NCBI GenBank assembly: GCA_965178125.1 | Contig: OZ237746.1 | Coordinates: forward strand, 310,001-374,000 | Direction: 5' to 3' | Origin: Bilabrum cf. latius | Taxonomy: Eukaryota | Length of the DNA stretch: 64,000 bases | Made by a program: the position numbers and the translations under genes | The notes under the pieces: generated by a model | Told to the model about the DNA's origin: nothing | Seen by the model: only the letters and a program-made list of their open reading frames with translations | The model's database searches: none | Part shown: positions 23,730 to 35,869 of the stretch, piece by piece | Layout of the letters: each line of letters opens with the position of its first letter | Position numbering within the stretch: position 1 is the first letter of the stretch

Positions 23730-24146
23730 ATGTTCGTTAAGTTCCTGTTATCAAGTGTCAACGTTAAAAAGGTATTCCAGAATAAAAGCATCTCCACTTT
23801 TATGTCAATCGTATATATTTATGTTGAGAAGCACAAACCATCAATGTTAAAGCATTTTCAACTTGATGACCTTCGTGTCCCTCCAGATTGTAATGAACGA
23901 CTTAAAAAAAGAGTATTAAGTGAATTTGAAGAAATTGATTATATATCATATTTCGTTCAACCATTTAGAATAATACACAAGCTAAATGAAGAAAATGTTG
24001 AATGCCTAAGTGAAGACTTAAATGATACCGTAGCCATAGATTTATTGGTTAAAAAAGAGAAGGAAGCCATTGAGAAATCAATAAAGAAATAGAAGGATGA
24101 CATCATCAAAAAGGCTATAGATGACTTTATCTTACCCAAGGATTAA
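23730..24146 (+). CDS. Hypothetical viral protein, 138 aa
   Basis: ORF 23730-24092 extended through TAG to TAA 24146. Confidence 0.6.
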
Positions 24147-24193
24147 ACTATATATTAATAATAATAATAATAGTATTATTAAAATTCAAAAAT

Positions 24194-24541
24194 TTATTCT
24201 AAAAACTCAATATCAAACCATTCATTTGAATCATCATATTCTTCAGCATACATCAACGATAATTCTATATACTCTTCTAATTCACTATTAGTAAGGTTAT
24301 CAATTTCTTCTTCTTTCAATAGTTTGAAATCGGTTCCGTTGTCATCATTAAAACTTTCAACTTGACCTTCTGCTTCCTTTTTATATTCTTCTTTCCAATT
24401 ATCACTCCATACAACTCTCTTCGCTTGGTCTTTTAAAGTGTCAGTATAAAGCTTTTGTGCTTCTTCCTTATTATTAAACTTTTTAACCCAGTGTGTATGA
24501 TAACATTCACTACCCCACGCTAATGATACAATATAAACCAT
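24194..24541 (-). CDS. Acidic hypothetical viral protein, 115 aa
   Basis: Clean ATG-TAA ORF in AT-rich DNA. Confidence 0.65.
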   Translation of the reverse strand: MVYIVSLAWGSECYHTHWVKKFNNKEEAQKLYTDTLKDQAKRVVWSDNWKEEYKKEAEGQVESFNDDNGTDFKLLKEEEIDNLTNSELEEYIELSLMYAEEYDDSNEWFDIEFLE

Positions 24542-24582
24542 ATCTATAATAATTAAAAATAAAATAATTATTATAATAAAAC

Positions 24583-25380
24583 TTAATTAAAATTATCCTC
24601 TATCTCGTCTCGCTCCTCGTTATCCAATACCCAATCTAATCTTGAAGGGTGCCACGCTCTAGAAATTAATTCTTCTTTGATTTTTTTAGTTTGTTCAATT
24701 GTTTCATCTTTCCGCTCTTCTAATGATGGGATTAATGTCGTGGAATAATCAATTCGTTCATCCTTAATTCCATTCTCCAAATGATTAAAACTAAAACAAT
24801 TAGAAAACATACATTCCATATCTACAACATTTGAAACATCCCAGTTATTTAAAGGTTGATTTAGTGAATGGCAATCATAAAACATTCCGCACATATCTTT
24901 AACATTTGAAACGTTCCAATTATTCAATGGTTGGTTAAATGAATGGCAATCATTAAACATTTCACTCATATCTTCAACATTTGAAACATTCCAATTATTC
25001 AATGGTTGGTTAAACGAATGACACTCATTAAACATACCGCCCATATCTTCAACATTTGAAACATCCCAGTTATTTAAAGGTTGATTAAACGAATGACACC
25101 CATAAAACATATCGGTCATATCTTTAACATTTGAAACATCCCATGAATTTATTGGTGATTCAATTATCATATTATCAAATAGGTTTAACATATTCGTAAT
25201 AAATGTTGTTACTAATAATTCAGGTTTCAAAAACTACAATGCGTGAAGAAGAAAATCTGTATCTTTAGCTACGTAATATGTTTTACCTTCAAATTTCACA
25301 ATATAATTATCTTTTCTAAAATAATATTCTTTTGGTTTTGTAGCTTTCAAGGTTCCATTTTCCCATTTTAAAACTTCCAT
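24583..25380 (-). CDS. DUF285/BspA-like 25-residue repeat protein, 265 aa
   Basis: Repeats FNQPLNNWDVSNVxDMxxMF; N-terminus MEVLKWENGTLKAT paralogous to the neighbouring gene. Confidence 0.85.
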
Positions 25381-25469
25381 TCTGTATATACCTATAATAA
25401 ATATATTATTTAAGCCTTTTTAAACTCACACTATAATATTAAATAATCATTAATATTATTAAAATTCTA

Positions 25470-26492
25470 TTAATTAAAATTATCCTCTATCTCGTCTCGC
25501 TCCTCGTTATCCAATACCCAATCTAATCTTGAAGGGTGCCACGCTTTAGCAATTAATTCCTCTCTATATTTCTTTGTTTTTTTAATGGTTTTATGTTTTC
25601 GTCTTTCTAACAACGGTATCAATGTTGTAGAATAATCAATTCTTATACCCTTAATACCGTTCTCTAAATGATTGAAACTTTCACAATCTTTTAACATCTA
25701 AAACTTACTCTAGACATTGGAAACATCCCAATTATCCAATGGTTGATTGAAGTTCTAACATCCATTAAACATAGAGGATATATATTCAACGTTAGAAACA
25801 TCCCAATTACCCAATGGTTGATTGAATCTTGAACAAGAACCAAACATACCACTCATATCCCTAACATTACTAACATTCCAATCGTTCAATGATTGATTGA
25901 ATTTAGAACAAAAATGGAACATAGAGGACATATTTTCAACGTTAGAAACATCCCAATTATCCAATGGTTGATTGAAGTTCCAACATCCATTAAACATAGA
26001 GGACATATTTTCAACCTTAGAAACATCCCAATTATCCAATGGTTGATTGAATCTTGAACAAGAACCAAACATACCACTCATATCCCTAACATTACTAACA
26101 TTCCAATCGTTCAATGATTGATTGAATTTAGAACAAAAATAGAACATAGACGACATTTTTTCAACCTTAGAAACATCCCAATTGCTCAATGGTTGATTAA
26201 AGCTTCTACAACTTTGAAACATTAAACTCATATCCTTAACATTTGAAACATCCCAAGTATTCAAAGGTTCATTAAATTTATCCTATCCATTGAATACTTC
26301 ACTCATATCTGTTATGAATGTTGTTATTATTTCATAAGGTTTATAGTCCTTCAAAAACCATCTTATATAATCTTTATCCATTGCTATATGATAGGTTTTC
26401 CCTTCAAAATTAACCTAAAATCCATTTCGTTCATAATATTCTTTTGGTTGTGTAGCTTTCAAGGTTCCATTTTCCCATTTTAATAATTCCAT
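25470..26492 (-). CDS. DUF285/BspA-like repeat protein, tandem paralog, 340 aa
   Basis: ORFs 25755-26264 and 25470-25697 joined by TAGs; same N- and C-termini (AWHPSRLDWVLDNEERDEIEDNFN) as 24583-25380. Confidence 0.85.
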
Positions 26493-26653
26493 TCTGTATA
26501 TACCTATAATAAATATATTTTTTAAGTCAATTTAAACGCTCTATAACAATTTAAAAATAAAAGCGCGTTTGTTCCATTTGTGAAGGTATAAGCGAGGATA
26601 AGGGGGTATAATGAAGGTAGTTTAGAAGGTTGAATAATGGAGTCCCATAAAGT

Positions 26654-26783
26654 GATGGAACTTTTGGCTAGAAAATGGCTAGAGTCCCATAACACCTTCA
26701 CAAGAGGGCTACATCCACGTTTTGATTAGAACTTACATATACTAATACGCATTTTATGGATATGGTCATCGTATAGAGTTTTA
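26654..26783 (-). ncRNA. Candidate structured RNA, copy 2
   Basis: Shares GATGGAACTTTT, CACCTTCACAAGAGG, CTACATCCACGTTTTG and TGGATAT blocks (plus strand) with 6109-6240; stems kept with changed sequence. Confidence 0.45.
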
Positions 26784-27390
26784 TATTAAATTGATTTTAT
26801 ATAATTAGAAGGATAAAGCAGTTATATGAAGTAGCAGTATGAAGAGTATCACCTTGACTTTTGGAGCGACTAGCTCCAAAAGGAGTGGAACGGACTGAAG
26901 AGCTTTAGCTCTGACGGACTGGAACTATTGATGATGTTAATCATCCTTAACCGAAGGGAATAAATTTATTTATTACCGTAGCGGGGGGGATTACGGATTC
27001 GCGGTTTCCTACAGGTATCTTCTCGACAAAATTGTTCAATGACAGAATATATAATTAAAGGTTATAAAGGTATGTGCAGACATCTGTTGGCGATGATTTC
27101 AGTGACCGGACCTGTAGATTTTACAACTGGGCCACGGGTGAACTGCCAGGCCGGCAGGGCCAAGCACTTCGCGGAAGCTGCTATTTGGTGGGCATACTAT
27201 CGTTTCATGTGTAACATTGCATTCAAGCAAAAGTGGTAGCAACACCGTGCAAAGACAATGTCAGAACTTGACCAATGCACTCCAGTGCCGGCTGCCCAGG
27301 GTCACTGGCGGCTGCGCGCCGCAGTGACGGCCTTGAGTACCTGAGTAAAACCCCAGCTGTCAGGTCACTGCGTCCCACCGACTCGGCGAA

Positions 27391-30300
27391 TCACCCGAAC
27401 ATAGCAAATTCCACACCAATGGTAATTTCGTCAGTAGTTGAGTTCCCCGATCCGTACAACCCGATGATATGCTTGATGAGTGCGGCATCCATCACCGGAT
27501 CAGGTGCCGATGGGCTTCCCAGCACCTTCAGCATGTCGGGCAAGACACCGGTCTGCGCCATTGCTCTTTGCACGGGCTCTGGCCCCAGCAGGATGTGCTT
27601 CAGTGTCCCAGCAGCGATCATTTTCACGTGATCGCTTCTTGTGCGCATCAAGCGAGCAAGGGGCGGAATGGCAGCGGCAGCCGCTACCTGACACACATCA
27701 TGGGCCCCGCGAGTGATGTCGTACAGAGCGCAAAGCGCTTGCTCCAGCTTGAACGTATCAGGAGAGCCCAGGTGGGGCATGAGTTGTTTGACTGTGCGCG
27801 CCCTGACAACGGACATCTTGCACGTCAGGCTGCCTGCAGCCAGGTTCCGAATGGTTGCGATGGCGCCCATGTCCCTGCCTTCATCTGGTACGCCGAGACA
27901 CTGCACGATCGCAGGGAGTACGCCAGAACGAGCGATTTCCTCTTTGACGCTGTTGTCGCCGTGCTGCGTCGCGTTCATCAAGATGAAAATGTGGTTGCGG
28001 AGCGCACTCGTCCCCTAGGCCCTGAGCTGATCGACGACGACTGGAAGCACGCCTGCTGCCATGATGGCACGGAAGCACCGAATACCGCCTGCCGACAAAT
28101 TGGACATCGCCTTGAACGCATTAACATACGCTGCTGGCTGCACCGTCGGCTTGCTCATGCGTTCCAGAAGCATTGGAAGGGCACCGGCCTCCACGATGGC
28201 CATCTTGAGCTGGTTGCCCTCCGGGCCCGGCAGCATGTGGCCAGCCACATTCATCAGGGCACTGGCAGCGTACTCCGCAGTGCGGCCATGCTTCGAAGGC
28301 AGCAGCGATGCCAGGCCGGGAATCGCACCAGAGCGCATCACCGCCAGCTTGCTCTCTAGAGACGCATGCGCTATGTTGGCGATGGCCCAAGCAGCCGGCT
28401 CTGCCTGCTCGATCTCTTCGTGGCACACCATGCGGGTCAGCTCGGGGACGGCACCGGACTCGATGACTGCATGCGTCAGGGGAATGCTCCCAAGGCAGCC
28501 GTCTGCCAACACGCGAGCGGCGTTCATGGCAGCATGGCCGTGGTTGGACTTGAGCAGCCTCACAATGCAAGGCAGCAGGCCCCCTTTCATGATGATCGGT
28601 TGGTGTTCCCTGGAATTCACCAGCATGTGGTGCAGGGTGCTCGCAGCTTCGAATGCCTCCGATTCGCTGGGCGAGTCCAGCAGCGTGATGATGCCGGGCA
28701 GCGCCCCGCAATCCAGGGCTGGTCCAACCCTGTTCGGCTTGTTTGCGGACAGCGCCTGGATGGCAATGAGGGCGTTCTCCGATACAGCCGTGTTGCACGG
28801 GGTCAGCAGTTTGACCAGCGCCGGCAGTGCGCCTGCATCCACGACAGCCTGCCGGTGCGCTGCACTGTCTGGCTTGACACACAAGTTCCTGATAGCCCCA
28901 CAGGCTCTCTGTTGCATCATTGGTTCAGTGGAACTCAGTAGTTTGATCAGCTCTGGTACTGCGCCAGTCTCCACCACGGAATCACGCATTCGTGTGCTTG
29001 CTGCTGTGTACAGCAGCAGAATGAACAGCGCCATCTGCTGCACGGCCTTCGAGTCCTCATCGGTGGCGGGTGCCCTCACTACCGCGAGAAGAGCAGGAGC
29101 GGTGGTTCCCTTGGCAAGCACTCCCAAGAGGTGCGCTGAGGGGCTCTTCCTGATTGTGTCCAGCACCCGCACTCCGTGCCTGCCTTCCTCTTGCACTGCC
29201 TCACCCGGCATTCCAGCGAGGGCAGGGAGAACGTCAGAGTCGTTGATTGCTCGCTTCGCTTCATCAGGCCCGGCAGGGACGCAAGACAGGCAGGACAGAC
29301 CTGAGCAGCGAAGCTCGACGCTCTTAGAGCGCAGCATGGCCATGAGCGCCGGCATACCCCCCGCCTCGAGCGTTGGCATCACTGCTTCCTCATGCTCAAG
29401 CAGCCCACGCAGCGCAGTTCCAGCACTCGCGGCGCGTGACTCGTGCTTGGACTGGATCTGGTGGACCAGAGTTGGGATGGCACCTGCGTCGATCAGCTGC
29501 AGTGCGAATGCTTGAGATCGAATGGAAATTGATGAGCAGGCGTTGAATGCAGCACTGGCCAGGCTCTCGTCCTTGGATCCAAGCGTCCGTGCCATCCATG
29601 GGGCCAGGTCGCCTGCCTCGATGGGTGGCATTGCGTGCTCGCTCTCAACCTCTGCGATGAGTGCCAGTGACTCCATGGCCCAGGCAGCAAGAGCCGCGCT
29701 CTCAGAGAGAAGGACAGCTGTGAGCTCTTTCACGGTTCCAGGGAGAACCGCAGGAATGTCAGACTCCGTTGCTGGTTCAGTTGGTGTCCGAATTACGGGC
29801 CGCAGCAGCGCGCAAGCACGACGGACACTTATGGGAGGGTCTGGGCCTTCAGCCAGTAGTGCCGCAACGAGAGCGCGGTACCGAATCAGGTTGCCAGTTG
29901 TCTCATCTGAATCCAGTGCGATGGCTTTGCCAAGTGACTGGGCTTGCCCGTTGAGAGGATCGTCAGACCCAGCCGCACCCTGCACGCTGCTTGCCCTAGT
30001 TGAAGCACGATGCGCTGAGCTGGCGGGCTGCACTGCCATTTGCTCATCTCCATAAGCGCGGCATGAATCTGCAGCTTGGTCCGCGACATCCCCCGCGCCG
30101 CTGCTCTCGTGGGCCCCCAGGAGCTGACCGAGCACTCTGGCGAGAGCGAGCCGAGCAGCAGCTTCAAGCGAGAGCTTTGCAGGACCCGTTCTGGGCGGTA
30201 CAAGCTTTGGATGGGTTGTCGTTTGAAGAAGGGTGGTACTGCACTTAGGCGTTAACAGTACAGCCCTCCCGGCTCCGCCCTCGCCACTGCCTTCGTTCTC

Positions 30301-30948
30301 CTCCGTCTTCCACATGACGTGGTCCAGGCTCAGCCCGCTGAGATCCACCCCGTGCTGCATCAGGTGGTGCGCGCCCTCCGCGATGTCGCTGGCGATCTGC
30401 ACCAATTGGATGGTCGGAACGCGGTCAAGAGCTTGCTTGATGTTCTCCAGATGCTGCCTCAGGGTGCACTCGATCCGCTCGGTCACGACCACCCTGGCCC
30501 TCGCAGGGATCGAGGCCTCGTCCTGTGCTGCACCGGATGCGGCTCCCTTGGAGCTAGTGGACAAATTGAGGTACTTGATCATTGCCACTGGCAGGTAAGA
30601 CTGCGCCCACTCAGGGATTCCTGTCACCTGGTCGAACAGAACGCCGGCCACGTTTGGGTGCTCGGGAACTTGCCTTGAATCACCGCTAGACTCGGCTACT
30701 GCTTTGGCCTCCGCTGCGTCAGATTTCTCTCGATTGATTGTATAAATTCCAATCATGACTGGCCGAATGATCGTCTTTGGTGGTCCAGTCGAGCTGCTCG
30801 CTGGACTGTCGATGCCCACATTGCAATTCAGCAGCACAGCTCCATCGGCTGTGGATAGCACTGTGCACAACGGGTGCGCCCGCTCTGGCTTCTGCAATGA
30901 TGTAGTGCGGTCCATAAATACCTAAAATTCAGCTCTGGATTGCACCAT
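27391..30948 (-). CDS. Pseudokinase-Armadillo repeat protein, paralog 1 (~1185 aa)
   Basis: ORFs 28015-30915 and 27391-27981 joined by TAG; degenerate kinase subdomains (HPNV, VVTERIECTL, QIASDIAEGAHHL) then many ARM repeats (GALPALVKLL...A..AI.NL). Confidence 0.82.
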
Positions 30949-31510
30949 CTGCGACAGGATGAGTGGTAAAGCAACTGAACTTGGCCCTACGGTGACCACA
31001 GTCGGCGATTCGCAGAACTCAACCAATATTGGAGATATTCTCAACGCTGACGGCGAAGTAGTTAACAGTGCATATGATATATAAATAAGTCAAAGTCATT
31101 GCGAGTAACTCACCTTTGGACGAGCTGTAGAAGTGACGAGACGCCCGATCCGTCTGGGCACCGGATTGTTGGGTACATTTTCGAAATATTTCAGAATCGC
31201 GGTTTCCTGCAGGTACTTTCTCATGTATAGTAATCACAGATTTCACGCGGCCTTTTGGCGTGTGCTTGCAAAGCACGAACAGAATGCTGAATGATTATAC
31301 TTTAAAAAGGAAAGGAAGTGGTACACGCCATGCGTGACCGTCGGGGGCACTGCAGACCAAACGTTGGACCCTCGAACGGCTTCCAGTGGGGCACATATTA
31401 GCCAAAGCGGGCGTATCTGACTGTTATGCAGCTTGATTGAATGGAAGCTTTCAGCGGGTTGGTGGATCATAAATATAAACCCCTCTTAAGCAATCCGCTG
31501 TCTCTTACTA

Positions 31511-34500
31511 TTACTGCTGCAAACCGCGCATTGGATTCACCGCGTCCAGCTCTCCCGTCTTGACCGGCTGCCCCGTCCTGCAGTCCGTCGGCGCCTCTGA
31601 TTGTGCCACGCGCATATCCCTCGCTTGCCGTGGGCACATCTCCACCAGGCTGAACTGCACGGCCAGGAAAGTGACGACCGCGAAGAGAGCGAAGCACCCC
31701 ACAACCACACCTACTACTGCACCTGCGCCTAGGCCCCCGCTGCCCGCCGAGTCGCCATCATCCCCACCACCTGCAGGGTTCTCTGCCCCAGGTGCCCGCC
31801 CCTCTAGATCCGGAGTCATCGTCTCCTCGCGCAGCACCTCGGATGCCATGCCCATCTCCGACGCGTCCACGGAAACCCTCCCAGCGATCGAGGGAACAGC
31901 CGCACCGAGGTCAGCCGCGAGGCCACTGTCCCCGTTCGCCCCTCCCTCGATGTAGGATGCCGCCGCGGCCGTTGCATCGAACACGCGAGTGCTTGCTTCG
32001 TACTGCATGTCAACGTCGACGACTACTCCGGTTTCGCTATTCGACTGCATCGAACGCCATCTGTCACCGCCGAGTACTCCAGCCGAGTTCAGTCGTCTGG
32101 TAGTCTCATCGTCCTCATCGTCCTCCGCCTCATTCGTTCCCTGCACTCTCGCCACGACCACCGACACCGCACCAGATGCGTCCCGCAGCAGCTCTTCCAG
32201 CGCGGATGCGACACCTCGGACGAACTGCGTCTTGCTGACGCTCTGCAGCCTCAACCCAGTCAGCTCAACGTAGGTTCCTGCCGGCCGGGCGGCGGGGGCG
32301 CAAACACCCGCAGCCGAGCACACGAGGCTATCCTCGCAGTCGCCTGTGGACCTACACCTCATGCCCGATCCGCAGAGATCGCACCCCCCTGCAGCATCCA
32401 GGCCGCAGTCCGTGTCTGACTCCTCCCCGTTCATGATACCATCCGAGCACGATGGTGCGGCCCCTGGATCAGCTTGCTCGCATGTACCCTGTGCACCGGG
32501 ACTGTACCCAGGGTCGCACACACACGTGAATGCCCGAGTCGTCGCTCCGCTCGCACCCGATGGAGCGTCCAGGCAAACACCAGACCCGCACTGCACCCTG
32601 TCGCACGCGCTGGCCCGTGACTCCTGCCCGCAGGTTGGACCAAAGAATCTCCGGATGCAAGAGCAGGTGAAGTCGCGACTGCGGCTCAAAGACGGCCGGC
32701 AGGTGCCACCGTTCTGGCAGGGGTTAACCCTGCATGGGTCCGGCGGCGGAACTGCGCTTGTAGATGCCTGTGCCGCTGGTGTTGAGCTCGCTGCTGCGGC
32801 AGTTGTTGTGTCTGGGCTTGCGGTGTTGCTGGCTTCCGGAGATACTTCGGCGTTTCGCGAAGGTTGCACAGTCGCTGAGGCCGGTGTCGAAGAGGGCCTG
32901 GCTGAAGTCGACGATGGCGTTGCTTCAGCGGGTGAAGAAGCTCCTGCTGAAACAGCAGCAGAGGCGGTTGGCTGGCTGACGGTTGTGGACGTCTGCGGGC
33001 TGGTGGTCGGGGTCGGGGCTGGGCTTGACGTTGCGGTCCCAGACGGCGACGGCGAAGTGCTCGGGCTGGGTGTCGGGGAAGGCGAGCTGGAAGGAGCCGG
33101 GCGATCAAGATTCAGGCCAAGGAGGTATACACCGCCCCATCGTTGTGTGGAGCTGGAACCGACTCTGTCCATGCCCACGGCCATGGTCAGGTTGCTGCCG
33201 TCCATCTCACCGTAGCCCATCATTGCGAGAGAGGTGCCGGTGAATCCTGCGCGGATATTCGGTGCAGTCGTGGTGAAGCCCTCTTCCCCCTCTCGGATCA
33301 CTCTCTCCGCCAGCACCGTGCCATTGGCGCGCAGGTGCAGAATGTGCACGGCAGAGCTGGCACCCACTGCAATGCTGGTGACGGAACCAGGGTAGACGTA
33401 CCCCAGGGATGCCACTGACTGCCCGAAATCGGCGCCGTTTTCAAGAGTGGTGTTTAGTCCGCCAAATGAGTTGGAGATGCGCTGCTGTCCCATCACAGTT
33501 CCATTCGCGCGGAGATGCACGATCCACACAGCACCGTGCCCATACCCACCTCCAGCGCTGCTGTCGACGACCTGATCCGCCCCGACGGCGAGCGACACTG
33601 CGCTCCCGGGCATGATCTGCCCGAGGGACGCAATTGATGACCCAAACCGGCCTTGAAACTGCATGGCGTCGGTAAAGCCGCCCATGTTCTCGCTGATGCG
33701 CTGGTACCAGCTGACGGTGCAGTTGTCGTGAAGATGCAGCAGGTACACGGACCCTTTGCCCCTAAACGAGCTCCTCTCGGCTGAGCCCACCGCAAGCGTC
33801 ACTGCAGAGGCGGGGTCCATCTAACCAAGCGAGGCCACGGCGCTCCCGAACATAGCATCTTTCATCAGATTGACGGACAGGTTGCCGCTCGCGCTGGATA
33901 TCTTGACGTGCCTAGCCACGGTCCCGTTGGAATGCAGGTCCAGGATCCACACAGCTCCATACTCGCTGGAGGACGATGAACTTTCGCCGTAGATGTTGTC
34001 CCTGTCCCTCTCTGCGCCAACGGCAACAGTCACAGCAGTGTCTTCATGCATTTGACCGAGGGACGCCACCGAGCACCCGAACAAGGACGAGGTCGCAAGC
34101 TCGCCCTCCATACCCCCAGCCGCATTGGAAATCAGCTGGTGCCCCGAAACGGTGCCATTGTGCTGCAAGAACAGGATCCACAGAGCCTCTACGGCACCAA
34201 CAGCCATGGCTGCGTGATGGCCACTACCCAGCGGGCCGAGGCTAGCCACAGCTCGCCCAAAGTCGCCCCGCAAACTGAGCGTGCCTTCAAATCCTCCCAG
34301 ATCGTTAGTGATCAGCATCTTCTGCCCCACCAGTTCCGCGGGGGAGACCTGCGGTTCGATGGTGACCTGCCAGAAGGCGCCCATGTTCAGGATGGCCCTG
34401 CCGATCGAGTCGCCTGGGGTGCCCACCATGAAGGTTACGTTGGCAGGGGAAGTTGATCGGCCGTGAGTACTGTGCGAGAACCGCAGGGCGAGCGCGCCTC

Positions 34501-35869
34501 CGAACAGAAAAGGGGTGCCTGCAGTGCCCGTGGTGCTGCTCAGCGGCGGGCCCATCTTGGTGCTCGACTGGACGGTCCAGTCGTGCCTCAGGTTGATGAC
34601 CCACACCACGCCCTCAACGGTCGAGGACCTGTCCTAGGGGTACGCCCCTACCGCGATGGTTGTCATTGAGTGCGGGTCCACGTGCCCCAGGTCTAGCACG
34701 GACCTTCCGAAGCCGTCGTCTGTCTCGAGCATGCCGTCGAAATTGCCTTCCTGGCGGTTGATCTGGCTGTACTTGATGACCGTATTGTCGCTCCGCAGGT
34801 GCAGTATCCAGATGCCGCCGGCACCGTAGCGATTGGCTGGAGCTCCCACGACAAGCGAGGCGACCGCATTGTTGTCTGGTTCCTTCCCAAGCACGTTATC
34901 GGCAGGCGAAGCGATGCCGATGGGAGACAGGGAGGAACCGAAGAACTGGCTGTGACTTATCCCGATGTCTATCCCACCCTCCCGCGCCCCGATCTTCTGC
35001 GAACGGATCACAGTGCCGCTGGATCGCAGATCAAGCACCCAGATGGCCCCGGCCTCGCCCCTGGAGAACCGGTCAGCATGGGTCCCTGGAGCCCCCACCA
35101 CGATGGTCACCGGGGCGTCTGGCTTGATCCGGCCCAGCGATGCCACGGAGGAGCCGAATAGGTCCCCTACAGCGACCGTCCCCTCAAAGTCCCCGTCCCA
35201 GTCGGAGATGACCTGGTACCATCGGATGTCCCCGTTCGGTGCCAGGCTGATGACGGTCACGGAGCCGGTCGGCAGGTGATTCGAGTTGATTGAGCGCCGG
35301 TCACCGGGCGCTCCCACGGCCATGGTTGCCGCTCCTTCGGGATCTAGCTGTCCAAGGGACGCCACTGCCATACCGAAGTGCATATCTTCATACATCAGTC
35401 CGACAGTCCCCTCGATCGTGTTTGTTGGGATCTTCCGATGGCCGTGCACCATGCCACTCGGGTCAACCTGAACCAGCCAGGTCGCGCCTCCACCTATTTC
35501 CTTTTCGTCATCATATGGCGCTCCGATGGCAAATGTGTCGTGTGCACCGGCGCTGAGGTTGCCCAGGAGAGCGATCGAGGTTCCGAAGCCGTCCTCGGCG
35601 TCCAGGTCGCCGTTGAAGCCCGCGTCGGTACCTGGAGCGATCTTAGTGGCAGAAAGCAGCTGCATTGGGGATTCATCGTGCCATTCAGACTGAGTGAGCC
35701 GGCGCGAACGAGGCTTGGTGGAAGTGGCGGCGCGCACCGACGCCTGATCGTTGAAGTGATGGCCCCTTGCGATCGAGTCGGTGGCCAAAACGGAAGCTGA
35801 ACCGGCCAACAGCTGGCTAGCCACAAGCTGGACCGCGACCAAAAAGAAAAATGTTGGCTTGAGTACCAT
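31511..35869 (-). CDS. Integrin-alpha-like FG-GAP repeat membrane protein with S/T/P stalk, EGF-like domains and C-terminal TM (~1452 aa)
   Basis: Three ORFs in one frame joined by TAGs at 34634 and 33821; signal-peptide-like start; many FG.S.ASLG...AVGAP repeats; CRVNPCQNGGTC...CSC...FFGPTC; hydrophobic AVVGVVVGCFALFAVVTFLAV; TAA stop. Confidence 0.85.

Larger units (their letters stand above)
4501..27010. mobile_element. Endogenous mavirus-like virophage element B (right-hand part; right boundary approximate)
   Basis: AT-rich; ATPase-protease-penton-MCP in mavirus order plus rve integrase; shift to GC-rich host DNA at ~27010-27070; candidate end ...gcggtttcct. Confidence 0.85.

Noticed and set aside
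26885-26930. Hammerhead ribozyme (CTGAAGA followed by a small hairpin)
   Set aside because: The required GAAA after stem II and the flanking stems are missing.
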